The notes: a model not told the origin generated them from the sequence alone. DNA of 60,536 nucleotides, filler included, from Sphacelaria rigidula (GCA_964200075.2; 7 parts of 7 records of this genome joined end to end with filler, not necessarily neighbours in it); one strand, 5' to 3'. Shown: positions 12,015 to 25,319, counted from the whole stretch's first letter. Numbers and translations are program-made.

Positions 12015-12300
12015 ATGTGAGATTGAGAGTAGAGCGCTGAATGAGATGGACGTTTATCATTCGCTTGAACTCAGCCAGTTTTTCATTCCGTGTGTGGTTC
12101 TCCTTGCCTCCATCACTAGCGTGTGCTTACAGCTACACATCGATATCCTACTTGAGGGTATCGAGGGCTTCAGTGGCAAGCTACTAAAAAAGACATATCG
12201 GGCGTCGTTCGGGATCATTTCGGAACTGAAACGATTCATTCACTGATTGGCCGCTTTTCACTCTCAATCCTGCCCTCTACTCTCAATCTCACGAAAACAG
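12015..12300. mobile_element. MITE family A copy
   Basis: GTGAGATTGAGAGTAGAG at left and CTCTACTCTCAATCTCAC at right; interior similar to 1820-2097. Confidence 0.75.
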
Positions 12301-13209
12301 TATTGGAAGGAGTCAGAGTTATTTTTTTAATCGGGTTCGTGTAAAGCACTTTTTTTTTCGGAAATTGCAAATCGCCCTCTCTGTCAAGTCTCTGTCTGTT
12401 TTTTCTTGGTTCACCCCCGCTGCTTTCCACGCATTCATGACGATGAAAATATATTTGGTGTAAAAAATATTAGCCCCTGCACTGTTTATAACCGCCAGAA
12501 GTTGAAACTCTTGGCTGGTCCAGCTCTTACCTCACTTTCAAACTCACAGATAAGCGGACCCCCCCATCGTGCGGCCACTCACAAGTTCGCACCAAAACTA
12601 CAACAGTATACAGTACTACAAGCTGGGCCAGCTGACAGTGGACTTCGAACGAAAAGTGGTGGTAGATGTCATGGTGATTCGAAGAGTTCACGCCATCTTT
12701 ATCATCAACCCGCGCGACCCTATGTTGTCGGGGGTACGAAGCGAAAAAGAGAAAACAGGAAGCTAGAGCGAGTTAAAGTTTCAACAAAAACAGGAGAAGT
12801 GCTATACGTTCCTGAGAAAACGCTAAAATCGACGAGAACGCTCCAACACGTACGGGCACTCGGGTCAACGACATCCTGGCGAAGTTTCGGATTTTCGGCC
12901 AAAAATACCTCAAATCGGGCTTCGCGTCGCACTTTTCGTGTAAAACGGCCGCACCCCTTTAATCCAAGAGATACAAGAGATTCCAGTTATGGAGGTCATG
13001 AGTTCGAATCCCCTCGTATTCTCTTTTTTTTTTCTCGTCCGTCGTCAAGGTTATACATTATGCAGTACATTTGTTTTCTTTTTTCAGTGGCGGTGCCGTG
13101 TGTTGTCAGCTTGGTCTTCAGTTCATAGCGATATGCTCAAGTCGCGCTGATTTGGGAAACTTGAGAAGTCGTAGTGTGGAAAACGAATGTGGGATTTACT
13201 GCTGGCCCA

Positions 13210-13426
13210 GCTCATAGGAGATAGATGGTGGCCACAGACGGCGAAACAAGGCAGGGATAAAATATGTGAAATATTTTTTTGTGTAATGTACGGAAGAAAC
13301 GTGCTGAGCACCGCAATGTTGGAGGTTTCTCTATTAGGAGTGGGAACGGTGCTCCGTCTCGAAAGGGATGCGTGGTCAATGGTCAAACGACCAAGGCAAG
13401 CAACAAATGAGCACTCCCCCCCCCCA
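13210..13426 (+). mobile_element. 5'-truncated LINE (subfamily A) 3' end with C-tract
   Basis: Encodes GDRWWPQTAKQ and ends GCAAGCAACAAATGAGCACT(C)n; homologous to 35590-35793 and 54922-55370. Confidence 0.85.
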
Positions 13427-13846
13427 TTAGTCTGGACATTCTACTTGTTGCATGCTTAGTGGTTTATTCTTCTTGGTTCGTGACATACAAATATACATTT
13501 TTTGGCATCCAAAAATTGGAACTTGACGCATGCTGCCGACGTGTCCTGCTATTGGTAGTAAACGTGAAAAAAAACTTGCATTTGAGTTTGTGCATGTCCG
13601 AGGTTTGACACCGTTTCCTTTTGTAATGAATGTGCAGAGTCGAAACACGCGGAATAATGACCGTAGAAATGAAGACAGTATAACCAATACCACACCCGGC
13701 CCGCTGTCATCAACTACCTCTTGCATGATGGCGAGAGATATTCGCAAGACAGTTGTGTCACCGCATGCCGCCGCTGCTACGATGTCAATTTGCACACTAC
13801 CCGCTGCTGTGCATCACGGGTCCGCTGCTGTCCACTGGAAACTCCC

Positions 13847-14012
13847 GTAAGTTGCTTGAGATACCACACCCTCAGCAGCGTTTTTCAAAGCTCAATTACT
13901 TTTTCTCGACATGATCGCAACGTCGCCCAGTTCAGCCCTGGCATCGCTTCTGGCGAGGAGTAAGTGAGCTTTGAAAATCTGTCTGGGGGGTGTGGTGTCT
14001 TGAGCGACCTAC
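13847..14012. mobile_element. Small MITE with long imperfect TIRs
   Basis: GTAAGTTGCTTGAGATACCACACCC versus GGGTGTGGTGTCTTGAGCGACCTAC, plus inner TTTTCAAAGCTCA/TGAGCTTTGAAAA. Confidence 0.6.
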
Positions 14013-14389
14013 AACAGTGATTGAGGGTGTCAGTGTGCCAGTGTACTGCTCGGTCTTGTAAGCTGCGGCCACACCAAAACAGCCATATCGTATCGAATAT
14101 CGATACTCGATACGTATCGTGTCATTCTCGGAATAACGACAAAAATATCGGTATCGGCGGTTGTGGTTCGATATTCTAAGAATATCTATCGAACTTTATT
14201 CTCGGTCCGATATGCAACCCTGCCTCTGACCTCTTCGAGGATACACACGAAACGGCACTACAACATGGTTTGTAGTTTCGTTGAACCATCACAAGCTGTA
14301 CCGCTACTTGCCACAGAGCCAAAATCCAGACTACGGAACACACAAGCCAGGCTACAGGCTGTGTGTAAAGCTTCCCAACATAGTGCCGC

Positions 14390-14880
14390 CTGTACCGTCC
14401 TCACAGGATGTGTGTTCTATACAGCATGCAGATGCGATGTGGAAAAGGAGCGAGCAACGTGAAATCCAGACAGCAGAGCTGTCCATACTCTCTGCATACC
14501 GGAGGATGTGGAGAGGATTTTAGACCACGTGCGGTTTTGTACTGCCTTTACTGTACATGAGCGTATTCGCAACCCGGTCGTCCACCCCAACACGCAACTC
14601 GGTTGGTGGACTCTACCACAAAATCAGAGATACCGATGTTTTCTCCCACAAAAAAGAAAGCTCACGCCACGAGAGCGGTAGTGTCTATTCCCCATCATTG
14701 CAGTGTATGTACACACCTGTGCGCAGCTCGTGATATGTGCTGCAGGGTTGAGCTGGTAGCTGCAAATGATCCATGTGGGGTTTGCGCAGTGCGGTGACAG
14801 GGTGGTATCTGGCATGGTTGTCTGCAACATAGGAGTCACGTGCCCCTTCATTCATTTCCGCCGCTGGATTTCGCTCGAAT
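14390..14880. repeat. Diverged dispersed repeat (~500 bp)
   Basis: Similar to 18440-18900 (same strand) and ~33220-33550 (reverse), e.g. GTACTGCCT..ACTGT.CATGAGCGT and TGCTGCAGGGTTG.GCTGGTA.CTG. Confidence 0.6.
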
Positions 14881-15481
14881 AAGCTAAGCTTTTCTGTTTT
14901 TCAAGCTGCCCGTCGCGCGCAAATAATTACGAAATGGACTTGAAGCTATCTGAGGACATGAAAAATGCGATGAGCGTGTCAGATACGGCCTCGTAACGAA
15001 CAACTCGATTCGACTGCAAGTTTCCGAGTCAAATGTTTTTTTTATAAGACACGCCCGTGGATCTTATCGATGTGTTTTTGACCCGAAAAACGTGCCGTGG
15101 AATCGATTTGGTCGTAGTTATCTTGCCTCTCATACGTCCACGGCATTTTTGTTCTCAGATAGCTTGAAATCCATTTTATGACTAATTGCGAGCGACGGGC
15201 AGGGTGAGGGTGAAAGACAGAAAAGCTAATGTTCAATCGCAAACAAGCGGTGGTAAAGAACGAAGGGGCACATACTCTCGTCTTGCAGATGACCATGCTA
15301 GATACTGCTTTTTCGCAGAACTATGCAAACCCTTCATGGGTTCCCTGCATACTGTACGAAACACTGTTCGGACAACAACCGGAACTACTGCTGTCCGTAT
15401 TAAATATTGGCGAATAGTGCAAGTACCCAGAAAATATTTTTTATAGAATTTAACAGCCGAACATCGAAATTGAGGATGTAA

Positions 15482-15915
15482 CTTTTCATTGAGGACGATA
15501 ACCCGGGAAACTCAAATCTTCGCATCTACACCAAATTTTCGAGAGAGGCTCCATTCCTCCACCTGCTGGTATCTATTACTGGCAACTACTACACGCCATA
15601 CAAAGTTGGATTCCGATGACCGAAATTTGGGGGTTCTGGGTGATTAAACTTGGATAACGTAAATCCCCAGCATTTTCTTTCACCTAGGACCCCCAAATTT
15701 CGGTCTTCGGAATCCAACTTCGTGTGTCGTATCCCGGATATTCCCAACATTTGTTTTTTCAGTCAGGATCCCCGAATTTCGGTCCTCGGAATCCAAACTT
15801 GTGTGCCGTGTAGTAGTTGTCAATACCTACCAGCAGATGGAGGGACAGAACTATACTTCGAAAAATTGGTGTTGTGAAGATTTTCATCTTCCGGGTTATC
15901 ACCCTCAATAAAAAG
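15482..15915. mobile_element. Foldback element, ~150-bp inverted arms
   Basis: Arm 15482-15640 is reverse-complementary to 15770-15915. Arm fragments also occur at 17188-17226 and 51725-51875. Confidence 0.7.
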
Positions 15916-16237
15916 CTCGATCCTCAATTTCGGTGGTCGGCTGTTACTTGCTTGGCTTTTTCGCTGGAAAACCTACAAAATCGCTCGGACCCAAACACAA
16001 CATGAACGAAATCAATTCCGCCGCACGAACTCTTTCGAGGCGAAAAAAATGACGACTCCGCCTTACAGCTCCCCACAACCGCCGCAGCCGATGCGCGGGA
16101 AAACATTGTGTCTGGGCAGATGACGTGTCTTTTTATATCACAGAACTCCAAGCAGAGCAGACATACATACCTTATGTACACACAGGGAGGTGAGTGAAGG
16201 TGTAAAACTACAACGTGTATGTGCGCGAATGTTGCGC

Positions 16238-16273
16238 AACTACTACTACTACTGCTGCTACTACTACTACTAC
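16238..16273. repeat. (ACT/GCT)n microsatellite
   Basis: Direct read. Confidence 0.85.
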
Positions 16274-17226
16274 CGTCGTCTTCTGTCCAGACCGTAAGAC
16301 TGTACATTTCGTACAGCTGCCAACAGATAGTAGTAGTATAGTCGTACCTACTCCTGTACTACTGTATAGCGCTAGTCTCTACTACGTATTGTACCTGTGG
16401 TTTCTTGTCGAACAGTACCGCAGTATGATACGGTAGTACCTTTCGATAGCAAACAGCTGCTACACTTACAGTTTGTGTGTGTGCAAAAAACGTTGTAGTG
16501 TTCATCTGAAATACGACATTTTTGTGATTTTTTCGTACTCCGCGATTTTCAATGTTCTTTTCGCGTGCCACCGCTCATCCCAGCGAGCGGTTGTTCCCAA
16601 CGTTTGGGAGCCGGGAGAGACTAGGCATCCGTTCCACACTCGGAAACGAAAATAGTCTCTGCGCTCAATATTCGACGTAAATTGACAGAGGGTGTAATTG
16701 GCCGTTTTTGGTCCAAGACAAATTTATTTTCGGCTCTAACGCAATGAACAGGTAAGAACAAGAAAGTTAGGATCCGTAAAGTCGTACATGAGGATCATCA
16801 GAGTTGATTCACCCCCGCCTGTGCTATGCAGAGCTCGGTTGGGCAATTTTCGTTTTTAAGTACTTTTTTGAATTATCCCGTGTAGTATCTCTGTCCTTAG
16901 CGCTCACGAGTCCCGGCGTCGATAAATATTGGGAAGAGAAGCAGGTCGTACTCAGAACACAATCCTCAATTGGTGCTGTCGGGGTGATCCGGAGTAAGTA
17001 CCTTGTTCCATTATGGGGTGTCATCAACCGTCACTAGTCCTAAAACACAGTTTTTCGGCTCTAGCGCACTAAATAAGTGAACTGTTAAAACGAGCGATCT
17101 TTTGTCACTTGTTCACAAAAACGATTGGGATCGCTTCGATCGCGCAAAAATACTCAAAACAGCCAATCATCTATGTTGAGGATGGTGCTTTTCATTGAGG
17201 ATGAGAACCCGGAGGATTAAAATCTT

Positions 17227-17326
17227 NNNNNNNNNNNNNNNNNNNNNNNNNNNNNNNNNNNNNNNNNNNNTTAATTAATTAANNNNNNNNNNNNNNNNNN
17301 NNNNNNNNNNNNNNNNNNNNNNNNNN
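17227..17326. other. Artificial contig linker
   Basis: N44-TTAATTAATTAA-N44. Confidence 0.98.
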
Positions 17327-17327
17327 G

Positions 17328-17571
17328 GGTACACAAAATTCGACTTGACGGTCGACGAGGGAAAGGGACTGCTGAACCCCTCTCGCGATAAAAAACGAAG
17401 GCAAGCACCGCAAAAGGAAGGTGGGATACTAAAAACAATGGAAAACAAAAAAAGCTCCTGTGTTGACCTTCCTCCCGTGTGACCCCGGCCGATGCGCCTA
17501 CATATACTAAAAGGTGTAGACCGGCGTCCAGAATACATGGGACGACAACACACAACACACACACACACACA
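17328..17571 (+). mobile_element. SINE body with (CA)n tail
   Basis: GGTACACAAAATTCGAC...GTCGACGAGGGAAAGG...GTGACCCCGGC...CGTCCAGAATA...(CA)n. The reverse copy at 22445-22692 links this body to the tRNA-like head. Confidence 0.7.
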
Positions 17572-17574
17572 GAA

Positions 17575-17930
17575 AAGGGTTAGGCGGACGTTGACGCCTT
17601 GGAATGACTTGCTCTACTCGCTGTGACCGTTCCAGGGCACCTTTGCGTTTTCCGTCAGTCAAAGTTCCGTTTTTGGTCAAACTTGCCTTTTCAATAACAG
17701 TCGAGTAATCGAAAAAATGGCAATTTTCCCGCTGTTTTTAGATAACTTGACCGTTACTGAAAATGCGAGTACGACCAAAAACGGGACCTCGACCTACGGG
17801 AAACGCAAAGGTACTCTGAAACGGTCTCAGCGAGTAAAGCAAGTCATTCCAAGGTGTCAACATCCGCCGAGCCCTCTTTGAGAAGGAAAAATGACGGAGA
17901 AGGGCCAAAAATGCACTCTTCATCAAGTGT
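17575..17930. repeat. Inverted-repeat (foldback) element
   Basis: 17575-17700 is reverse-complementary to 17745-17880. Confidence 0.7.
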
Positions 17931-19431
17931 TTTTTTTTGGTACATGAGAAGTAGCCTGAAACCCCTGAATTGATTAGCACAAGGATACATATATATATAT
18001 ATATAAATTGAAGAAATTTGAGGCTGAAGTTGTGAACTACCGACTTCTTCAAGTGGTGGCCCTCACCTGTGAGTGAGAGTCGAGGCTGTGTGTGGATGCG
18101 TGCAGGTTTGCTGTGTGGCGAGTATATGTCGGTCGGGATGCGATGATTCTTTCCGTTGTACTCACATTGGAGAAAAAAAATATCCGATATGTGCGCAGTA
18201 GACCTTAGCTCTGACGGTGCGGGACGCCTGCCTTCCCTCGTGTATAAGGGCGTGTCTAAGCACTTTTTTTTTCGATAAAAAAATGGGGCGGTGGAATCGA
18301 TTTGAGCGAAATTTTCTCGTTTTGACGTCGTTGGGTACAGATGGATTTTCAAGGTTTCGATCGAAAAAAAAACGGTGAAGTTCGTGAAACGGTACATCGT
18401 CACTCGTGTACAGTACAGACAGTCTGTACTCTCTGTACGGCTTTCAAGCAGTGTCCGGAGTGCGTGTGTGCATGTTTCGTACAGGAGGATATAAAAGAGA
18501 AGTGGATGACGTGCAGTGCAGAAAGCCCAGGGCTATCAGCTCTCTCTGTTTATAATGCGACGTGAAAAGGAGTTGAGCAACGGGCAGCGGTGTACTGCCT
18601 GCACTGTCCATGAGCGTGCATGCAAGTCGGTTGCCCAGCGTTCGACGCACTCGCGTCGCTCATACCTATATTGAAAGAAGATGCGGAAGTTCTCGCCAAC
18701 GAAAAATAAACAAAGCATACCCAACTGCTGCAGTGTATCTATTCCTGTGCTCAACTCGTGCTCTATGCTGCAGGGTTGCGTTGGTACCTGAGAATGACTT
18801 GGATGGAGTTTGCATGGTCCTGTGAACAGGTGTTATCTGGCGTGGTGGTCTGTAAAATAGGAGTCAAGTATCGCCTCGTGCCTTTCGACCGCATGTTTTC
18901 GATTGACAAATATTATTTTTTGTGTTGAATATTTTTTCTCCGCGCACCGCTGATTATGATCTCGAGTTGAAGCTTTCTAGGAGCACAAACGCGGTGGACC
19001 TACCAGATCGGCTGAAAAAATCGACCGTACTTTTTCGATCGAAAAACAAGAGTGCTCAGACGCGCCCCAAGGGAATCAAATAGGAGCAAGAAGACCCAGA
19101 AATATAAACATGGACGCGATAATATATATGAAGATTGAACGATAATAACCCCCACACAATTCTGTGCCAGAGACAACGATGTGGACTGATGGAGATGGTG
19201 CCCACGACGTACTTCCCCCCAGTGGACACGCAAGGCCAAGCAGAAATAAAAGCAACATCCAAGAATCAAAGATCACCAACCGTGGCGAAAGAAAATCGCA
19301 TGGTTAACGGTTCTAACCATGTACCCCTTCTAGGCCGGAGTGTATTTTGCCGCGGGGTTTACGCCGTGATGACTGCGTGGCCTATATAATGATAAGCGCA
19401 TGCTTGTTTATGTCGATGATGGTAGAGTTAA

Positions 19432-19533
19432 CCTTTGACCGCGAGGGTAGATCACCTGCTGATTTGGCATCAATGCTCACTTGAGACAAGTATGCGTGAT
19501 CCAGATGGACTAACCCGCACCGCAGTCTAACCG
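19432..19533. mobile_element. piggyBac-like mini-MITE family C
   Basis: TTAA|CCTTTGACCGCG start; colinear with 8994-9099. Confidence 0.7.
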
Positions 19534-19619
19534 TTGATGTACAAATATATCCCCACCGTTGATATTACTTTATTCGAATGTGAAAAATGAAATTTTTGGA
19601 GGGGTTCGACCGTCTGGTG

Positions 19620-19787
19620 TTCTCCTAGCGTGCGCAGCACGCGTTCCTGTCCAAATCGGCGCCACAGGTGCCGATTTGAGGTCCACCAGTTGCCAGACTT
19701 TGTTGAGGGAACCGCATGCATATCCCTTGCCCGAGGGTTCTTGGTATGCCTTCGGTTGGGGTTTAGGGTTAGGGTTGAGGTTAGGGT
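19620..19787. repeat. Dispersed element ending in degenerate (TTAGGG)n
   Basis: Reverse copy at 21372-21535 and diverged copy at ~24180-24341; shared AAATCGGCG..CGCCGATTT hairpin and CCCGAGGGTT. Confidence 0.65.
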
Positions 19788-20334
19788 GAGCGATAGTTGC
19801 AACATCTGTCAATCATGAATAGAAAGTAGCCCAACTCTGATAAATCCACCTCCTCGAGAGATCTTCCGACGAGCACACTGTTGTGTGTAGTGTCTAGTGC
19901 TACTGCCCGACGTTTGCCTCTGTTTTTTCTCTCCGACAAGTTATTTAGTTCAATGCCGCGATTCGAGTTTTAATCGTCATCTATATACATTCAAATTTCC
20001 CGGTTTTTATCGAGTTTCGGAATCTTCTCCCAGAAAAAAAAAAAGTGTCGGAAAATCTAAGGCACTATTGTTGTTGTTGATGTTTCATTCAGAGCAACGG
20101 GTCAATGAATTTTAGTCACTGCATCCATCGTATAACACTACTTCCCCCCCCCCCCCCCCCCCCCCCCCCCCCACCCCCCCCCCCCCCCCCACCCACCCTC
20201 GAGCTCTNNNNNNNNNNTTTTTTTTTTTTCAAAGAGAGGGGTCAATAATTTTTTTTCCCCCCCCCCCCCCAAAAAACCTCCCCCCCCCCCCCCCCCCCCC
20301 CCCATTTTCACTTTTCGATAGATGTTGTGTCTTG

Positions 20335-20553
20335 TCGGGCCGACTTTTTAGTGGAAGGGTAGGCTATAGTTTTTACAAGTCAAATAGCACGAAACATAAG
20401 GCAAGCACGGTAGAAGGAAGGTGGAGGGTTAAAAACAGAAGGAAAAATGAATCAATCATATGTTGGCCTTCCGCCTATGTGACCCCGGCTGATACACCCA
20501 CATGCACCGAATGGAGTAGATTGGCGTCCAGAATAGATGAGACGGTACTACAT

Positions 20554-20608
<55 letters not shown>
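20335..20608 (+). mobile_element. Diverged SINE body with long (CA)n tail
   Basis: AAGGCAAGCAC.G.AGAAGGAAGG...GTGACCCCGGC...GGCGTCCAGAATA followed by (CA)~25. Confidence 0.65.
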
Positions 20609-20610
<2 letters not shown>

Positions 20611-21371
20611 GACTCGAGACTCGAGACTCATTTGAGTGCGGTCAATATGGGCCTGTCTTTTCAAAGTACGCGTGGCCGGCTGTCGGTGGGATACATTGGT
20701 TTTTCGAGAGGGAAAGCTCGAGAGGTTTCTATTGAAGTGAGTGTTCCTCCATGTACAACAACAGTACACCACGGTTCAGCACCACGTGTCTCTAACGTTC
20801 ATGTCAGCCTTTTCAACATGTTCAAGGGTGTATGCGGTAGGATGGCCGATATTTTCCACAGTTGGATATATTGGAAAATCGTATTATCAGTAAAGGAAAT
20901 TCGGAAGGAGTATGAAGATTATTTCTAACAATGCCCAGATATTGGCTAAACTGAATATTACACACCCTGGAAAATACATGGCCATTAGATGCAATTGACG
21001 GAAAATGTACTGGGTAAAGTGTGAGCCTATGGCAAATATATTGTCGGCCGTTGATGGTTGCAATAGATCAATACTTTACCCAGTACATTTTTGTATACTG
21101 TATCTATTGATCATATATTGTCGAGGGTGTGGATCGTACCGAACTCCAAAATCCGGGTAAAGGTCGGAGATGGAATCATCGCGACACAGAATTCGGGAGA
21201 GTCAATACCCGGGTATTTTTTATCCACTGAACCCACCCTTGAACACGCCACGTGCTGTGGCGTCCTGAACCGACTTTTACGGGAATCACAATGAGCGCGC
21301 CCGAATGTGTATGTGTGGAGGGTAAGTTTACCAGTTGGTTGTACAATGAAAAATTCGGAAATATGCTATCC

Positions 21372-21535
21372 ACTAACCCTAACCCTAACCCTAACCCAAC
21401 GAAGGCACGCCAAAAACCCTCGGGCAAGGAGGTGCTGAGTGTTGTGTAGGCAAAGGGTGCGTTGCCAGACCTCAAATCGGCGACCCAGGCGCCGATTTCG
21501 ATCTAAACGAGTTCTATGCACGCTAGGAGCACGCG
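21372..21535. repeat. (CCCTAA)n-bearing dispersed element
   Basis: CTAACCCTAACCCTAACCCTAACCC followed by a body that is reverse-similar to 19620-19760. Confidence 0.65.
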
Positions 21536-22444
21536 TGGAACACAGTCCTTTTGAAGATCCAGATTTCGCCGTCCAGACTGAAATCAAGTCGAAATAACTC
21601 GGAACTGCTCACCCTCCCAAGTTGTAAACTATACCGGTCGATTCAGACAAAAAAAGAAAACGTTCTGTGTACGTTAGGAGCACTCGGAACTGTCAGCCCC
21701 ACTAAAGATCTGACGATTGTTGTTTGCACTCAAATGACAAAATTAAGTTCCGGGACAGTTCCATCTGACGACGTAGCAAACTCTGCCGCGAATGTTCGTG
21801 TTGTCTATCCCTTCGAGATACACGTGATCTTGAAAATTACGGATGTTTTTTCTTTCAAGTTTGGAATGAAGCTTGGGATCCTCCGCAAGCATTAAGATTC
21901 CCTTGGAAGCCAAATGCAATTACACTATCCGGCCGTGATGTGCAGCCTCGCTCATTTCTGAAAATCCATCCGCAATTTGTTAAATTTCGAGGGTCAACAG
22001 GCGATTCTGACGAAGACAACCAGTTTTATTGTACGGGAATGAACGGAGGACAAACTTGTGCGATATAAACACGGAATTTTACAATCTGCGGATGAATTCT
22101 TATGAGGATGAGCGAGGCCATACATCACGGTCGCAGATTGCATTTGCATGTGCGTTTTTATTTCGAAAATTTCCGATGCCTACTATTGATAAAAAGTTTC
22201 CCCAAGTACATGGAAACGAAAAATCCATGCTTGATTTGTAAATCACGTGTTTATTCTGGACGCTTTTGTACACCATTCGGTATATTACACAACCTGGACG
22301 ATGAATTCTATCGTTAAAAAAAAGTACTGCTTACAGTACAAGGAATCTATCGTCTGTTTCAATAGGCGCGATAGTCGATACTGTACGCAGTATACTGGTG
22401 ACTGTGTATTCTTTAGTCCAGGGCATGGTACATAACCTGGAGGC

Positions 22445-22692
22445 ATGCATCAGTCGGGGGGTCACACAGGAAGATCAACACATGAGATATTGTTTGTTTT
22501 GGCACTCTACCTTCCTTCTGCGGTCCTCGCCTTACCTTTGTATCGAGAGAGGGTCGGTTCAGCGGTCGCTTCCCATCGTCGACCGTGAGGTCGAATTTTT
22601 GTGTACCCACCACAGAGTCGCTCTCAACTGTCTGTACTGTTGGGCATGGTGTGAGAAAAATCCCAGATCGTGTGACTTCACCGAGATTCGAA
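22445..22692 (-). mobile_element. SINE copy including the B-box end of the head
   Basis: Reverse of the 17328 body, continuing into GAGAAAAATCCCAG...GAGATTCGAA; this matches 23972-24005. Confidence 0.7.
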
Positions 22693-23421
22693 TATGCTCC
22701 CTTGTATAGGTATTTCACACAAAATCTCAGAAGACGTCTCTCTCCATGAAAGGGTGCAGTCGCCTAACCTCGATCGATACCTCGGGCGAAAGATATGGTC
22801 TTCGACTGAGATGTGCCACTCAGGGGCGCGATCAACGTGACTTGTTTTCACGGTTCGGACGTATCATCGCCGGTTCGAATCACCAAACCCACGATTTTTC
22901 AGGCCTGGTTGCCCCAAAGAGGGAAAAAAATTGACCGCTGGTGGAAAAAAATGTATCCACGTAGTTTTTGCGCCATTCCACGTACGCGCCTGGTCTGCGC
23001 GTACCTAGTTTTTTTTTTCCCCACACTTTGAACCCCTCCCGTTCCTCGGGACGAGCCCGTGGTCTCAAGGGATAAAGTGCTGTGGTGGGGGCAGACTGAA
23101 GGATGATGGTTCCAGGCGGTTCTCCGAAACGCCTCGGAAACCAGGGGAAAAAAAAACGTTTCTCCAAAAACCGATAGGAAGGCTGTGAACCGGTAGGTTC
23201 CGGTTGTGCACGACCGACACACTCTGATCGCCGCGAGTGTAGCTGCTGGTCTATTGGGGGCTCGGCTAAAGCCTCGGTTTTGAGTTCTGCTCCAAAACTT
23301 GACGTGAACAACAAATGAAACGCTCGGGAAAAGCCGAAAATACGCTCGGGAAATGCGGCAAAACCTCCAAACGGGCTCATCTCGTGGGACAGAAGAACTA
23401 TAACTCACCGGCCGAAAATAT

Positions 23422-23836
23422 CAGGGAGGGATACGTGATACGTGACGTTTTAACGTGACGCATCCGGAAACACGTAACTTTGGGTCATGTGACGCTACGT
23501 AATATTTGATTTTTTGGATGGAATATATGTAGCGTTACGTGATATAACGTGTGGTCCTTCGCATGAACCCTAACATGGCGTTTTACTTTCCAAATGTAAC
23601 GAAAACTCTGCTTGTTTTCGTGAATATGTCACGTGTCACGTTGAAAAATCACAAAAATAGCCTTTTTTCACGTATGGAAAACACCAAGGGACACTGCTTC
23701 AAGGTCCACATGTTACATCACGTTACATTGCATTTGTCCCGTTCAAAAAATCAAACCTGACGCAGCGTTAAATGGCCCAAAGTTACATCTTCCCGTTTTT
23801 TTCGAGTGTGTCACGTGTGTCACGTATCCCTCCCTG
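23422..23836. mobile_element. Non-autonomous hAT-like element
   Basis: 17-bp TIR CAGGGAGGGATACGTGA, near-TSD GAAAATAT/GAAATAT and ACGTGAC subterminal motifs. Inserted in a ~40-bp tandem repeat (23400-23965). Confidence 0.7.
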
Positions 23837-23971
23837 GAAATATGCACCGCTGAGGTATCCCGTGTAACTCACCCGGCGAGAATATTCACCGCGGAGTTAT
23901 GTTATGTTCTATGACTCACCTGGCCAAAAAGTGCACCACAGAGTTATGTTGTAAGAACTCACCTAACGGCA

Positions 23972-24068
23972 ATGAGAAAAGATCCCAGATCGCTCCGGGA
24001 ATCGAACCCGCCTACTCAACCTTCAGAAGGTTACGAGGTTACCGACTGAGCCACCGGGTCGACCGGCA
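23972..24068 (-). mobile_element. tRNA-derived SINE head
   Basis: Reverse strand reads GCCGGTCGACCCGGTGGCTCAGTCGG...GGTTCGATTCCCGG...GGGATCTTTTCTCA (A and B boxes). Confidence 0.7.
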
Positions 24069-24348
24069 ATCAGTAGTGTTTACCATTTGATCGATTAGAA
24101 CCTCCCCGCAAGTTTATCACTTGGTTTTGAGAGTAAACACCGATATTCGTATCTTCAGCAAGGCTGACAGCCCCAACTGCCCGTCGCGTGCGCAGAACGT
24201 GTTTTCGTCGAACTTGGCGTCCGCGGCGACGTTTTGAGGTCCGCAAACGCCACATTTTACCTGGGGAACGCGTCACACCCCGCTCGCCCGAGCCACCCGA
24301 GGGTTCCCGGTATACCTTGGGTTTGGTTTAGGGGTTAGGGTCTTTCCT

Positions 24349-25127
24349 AACAGAGGGGATTATCCCCTTTTACAGGGGATTGGCCACATAATGACCAGTC
24401 TCGAGTCCTATCGACAGGCACTTTTGTACAGGTTGGAAACCAGATCTGTACGCAGGTTCAAAAACGCGGCGAGCCTGGAAGTGGTCGTTAGTCTAAGCAG
24501 GTCCAAGGTCGGTGTAATGCTGTAGACAAGATGCAACAAGACAACACAACACCTTCACACCCAGCTCTGAAAAAATATGCACAGACACCCATCACTCACG
24601 CGTATTAGTTTTACAGCTAGCCATTGCTAATCTACACACAACAGTCTCGAACGGAAATCCGTTATGCACTGGACGAATGGCGGCCGCGTGCTTGTCCAAA
24701 ACAACCGAAAACGTGTCCTTGCTGACCGTATTGTAAGTGTGTGCTGTGCGCGCGTCTCACACGAATCATCATTTCTCAATGAGTTCTGAACAGATTCGAG
24801 CAAGGTCACGCACAGCGTGCACAGCTGATGATCAGCTACGGCTCGAGCCGTGGGATTTTGGTTTGTGGGGCCAAGTTCCTCAGGTTCAGCTCTGATTGTG
24901 TTAGGTTGTGTGTTGTGTGGTAAGCCTTTACATCTGCCCCTGTCAACGGGACAGGTACGTTCCCCTTCGAGGTGCACAGAAACCCCCTATTCGAAAGGGG
25001 ATTTCAGAACGTGCTTTTGCACGTGGAGGGGGCATTTTTGTGCACGTTGAGGGGATTTTTTACGGGGGGTGGTATCGCATCGACCAATCAGCGGCCGTTT
25101 TTGAAAAAGGGGATTATCCCCTTCGTT
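24349..25127. mobile_element. Possible non-autonomous TIR element
   Basis: AACAGAGGGGATTATCCCCTTTT versus AAAAGGGGATTATCCCCTTCGTT. Confidence 0.4.
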
Positions 25128-25129
25128 AA

Positions 25130-25226
25130 CCCTTAGACCGCGAGATTAGTCTTTCCGGACCATGCATACTTTTTTCACTTGAAATTGATGCCGATTCAAC
25201 AGAAGACTAACCTCGCGGTCTAAGGG
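25130..25226. mobile_element. piggyBac-like mini-MITE family C (reverse)
   Basis: TTAA|CCCTTAGACCGCG...CGCGGTCTAAGGG. Confidence 0.7.
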
Positions 25227-25319
25227 TAATGTTCATCCGCACCTGCACATACAATAATTTTCCGAGAAATATCTGTCAACTGCCGAGTGGTAAACTCACC
25301 TCCAATCGTTAGACACACC

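Noticed and set aside
20140-20305. Poly-C/G tracts with 10-N gaps (also 38820-39010) and their Gly/Pro ORFs
   Set aside because: Low-quality homopolymer flanks of scaffold gaps; not coding.
23972-24068. Possible tRNA gene (also 8496-8563 and 12990-13015)
   Set aside because: A/B boxes are present but no convincing cloverleaf; at 23972 the sequence continues into SINE body.
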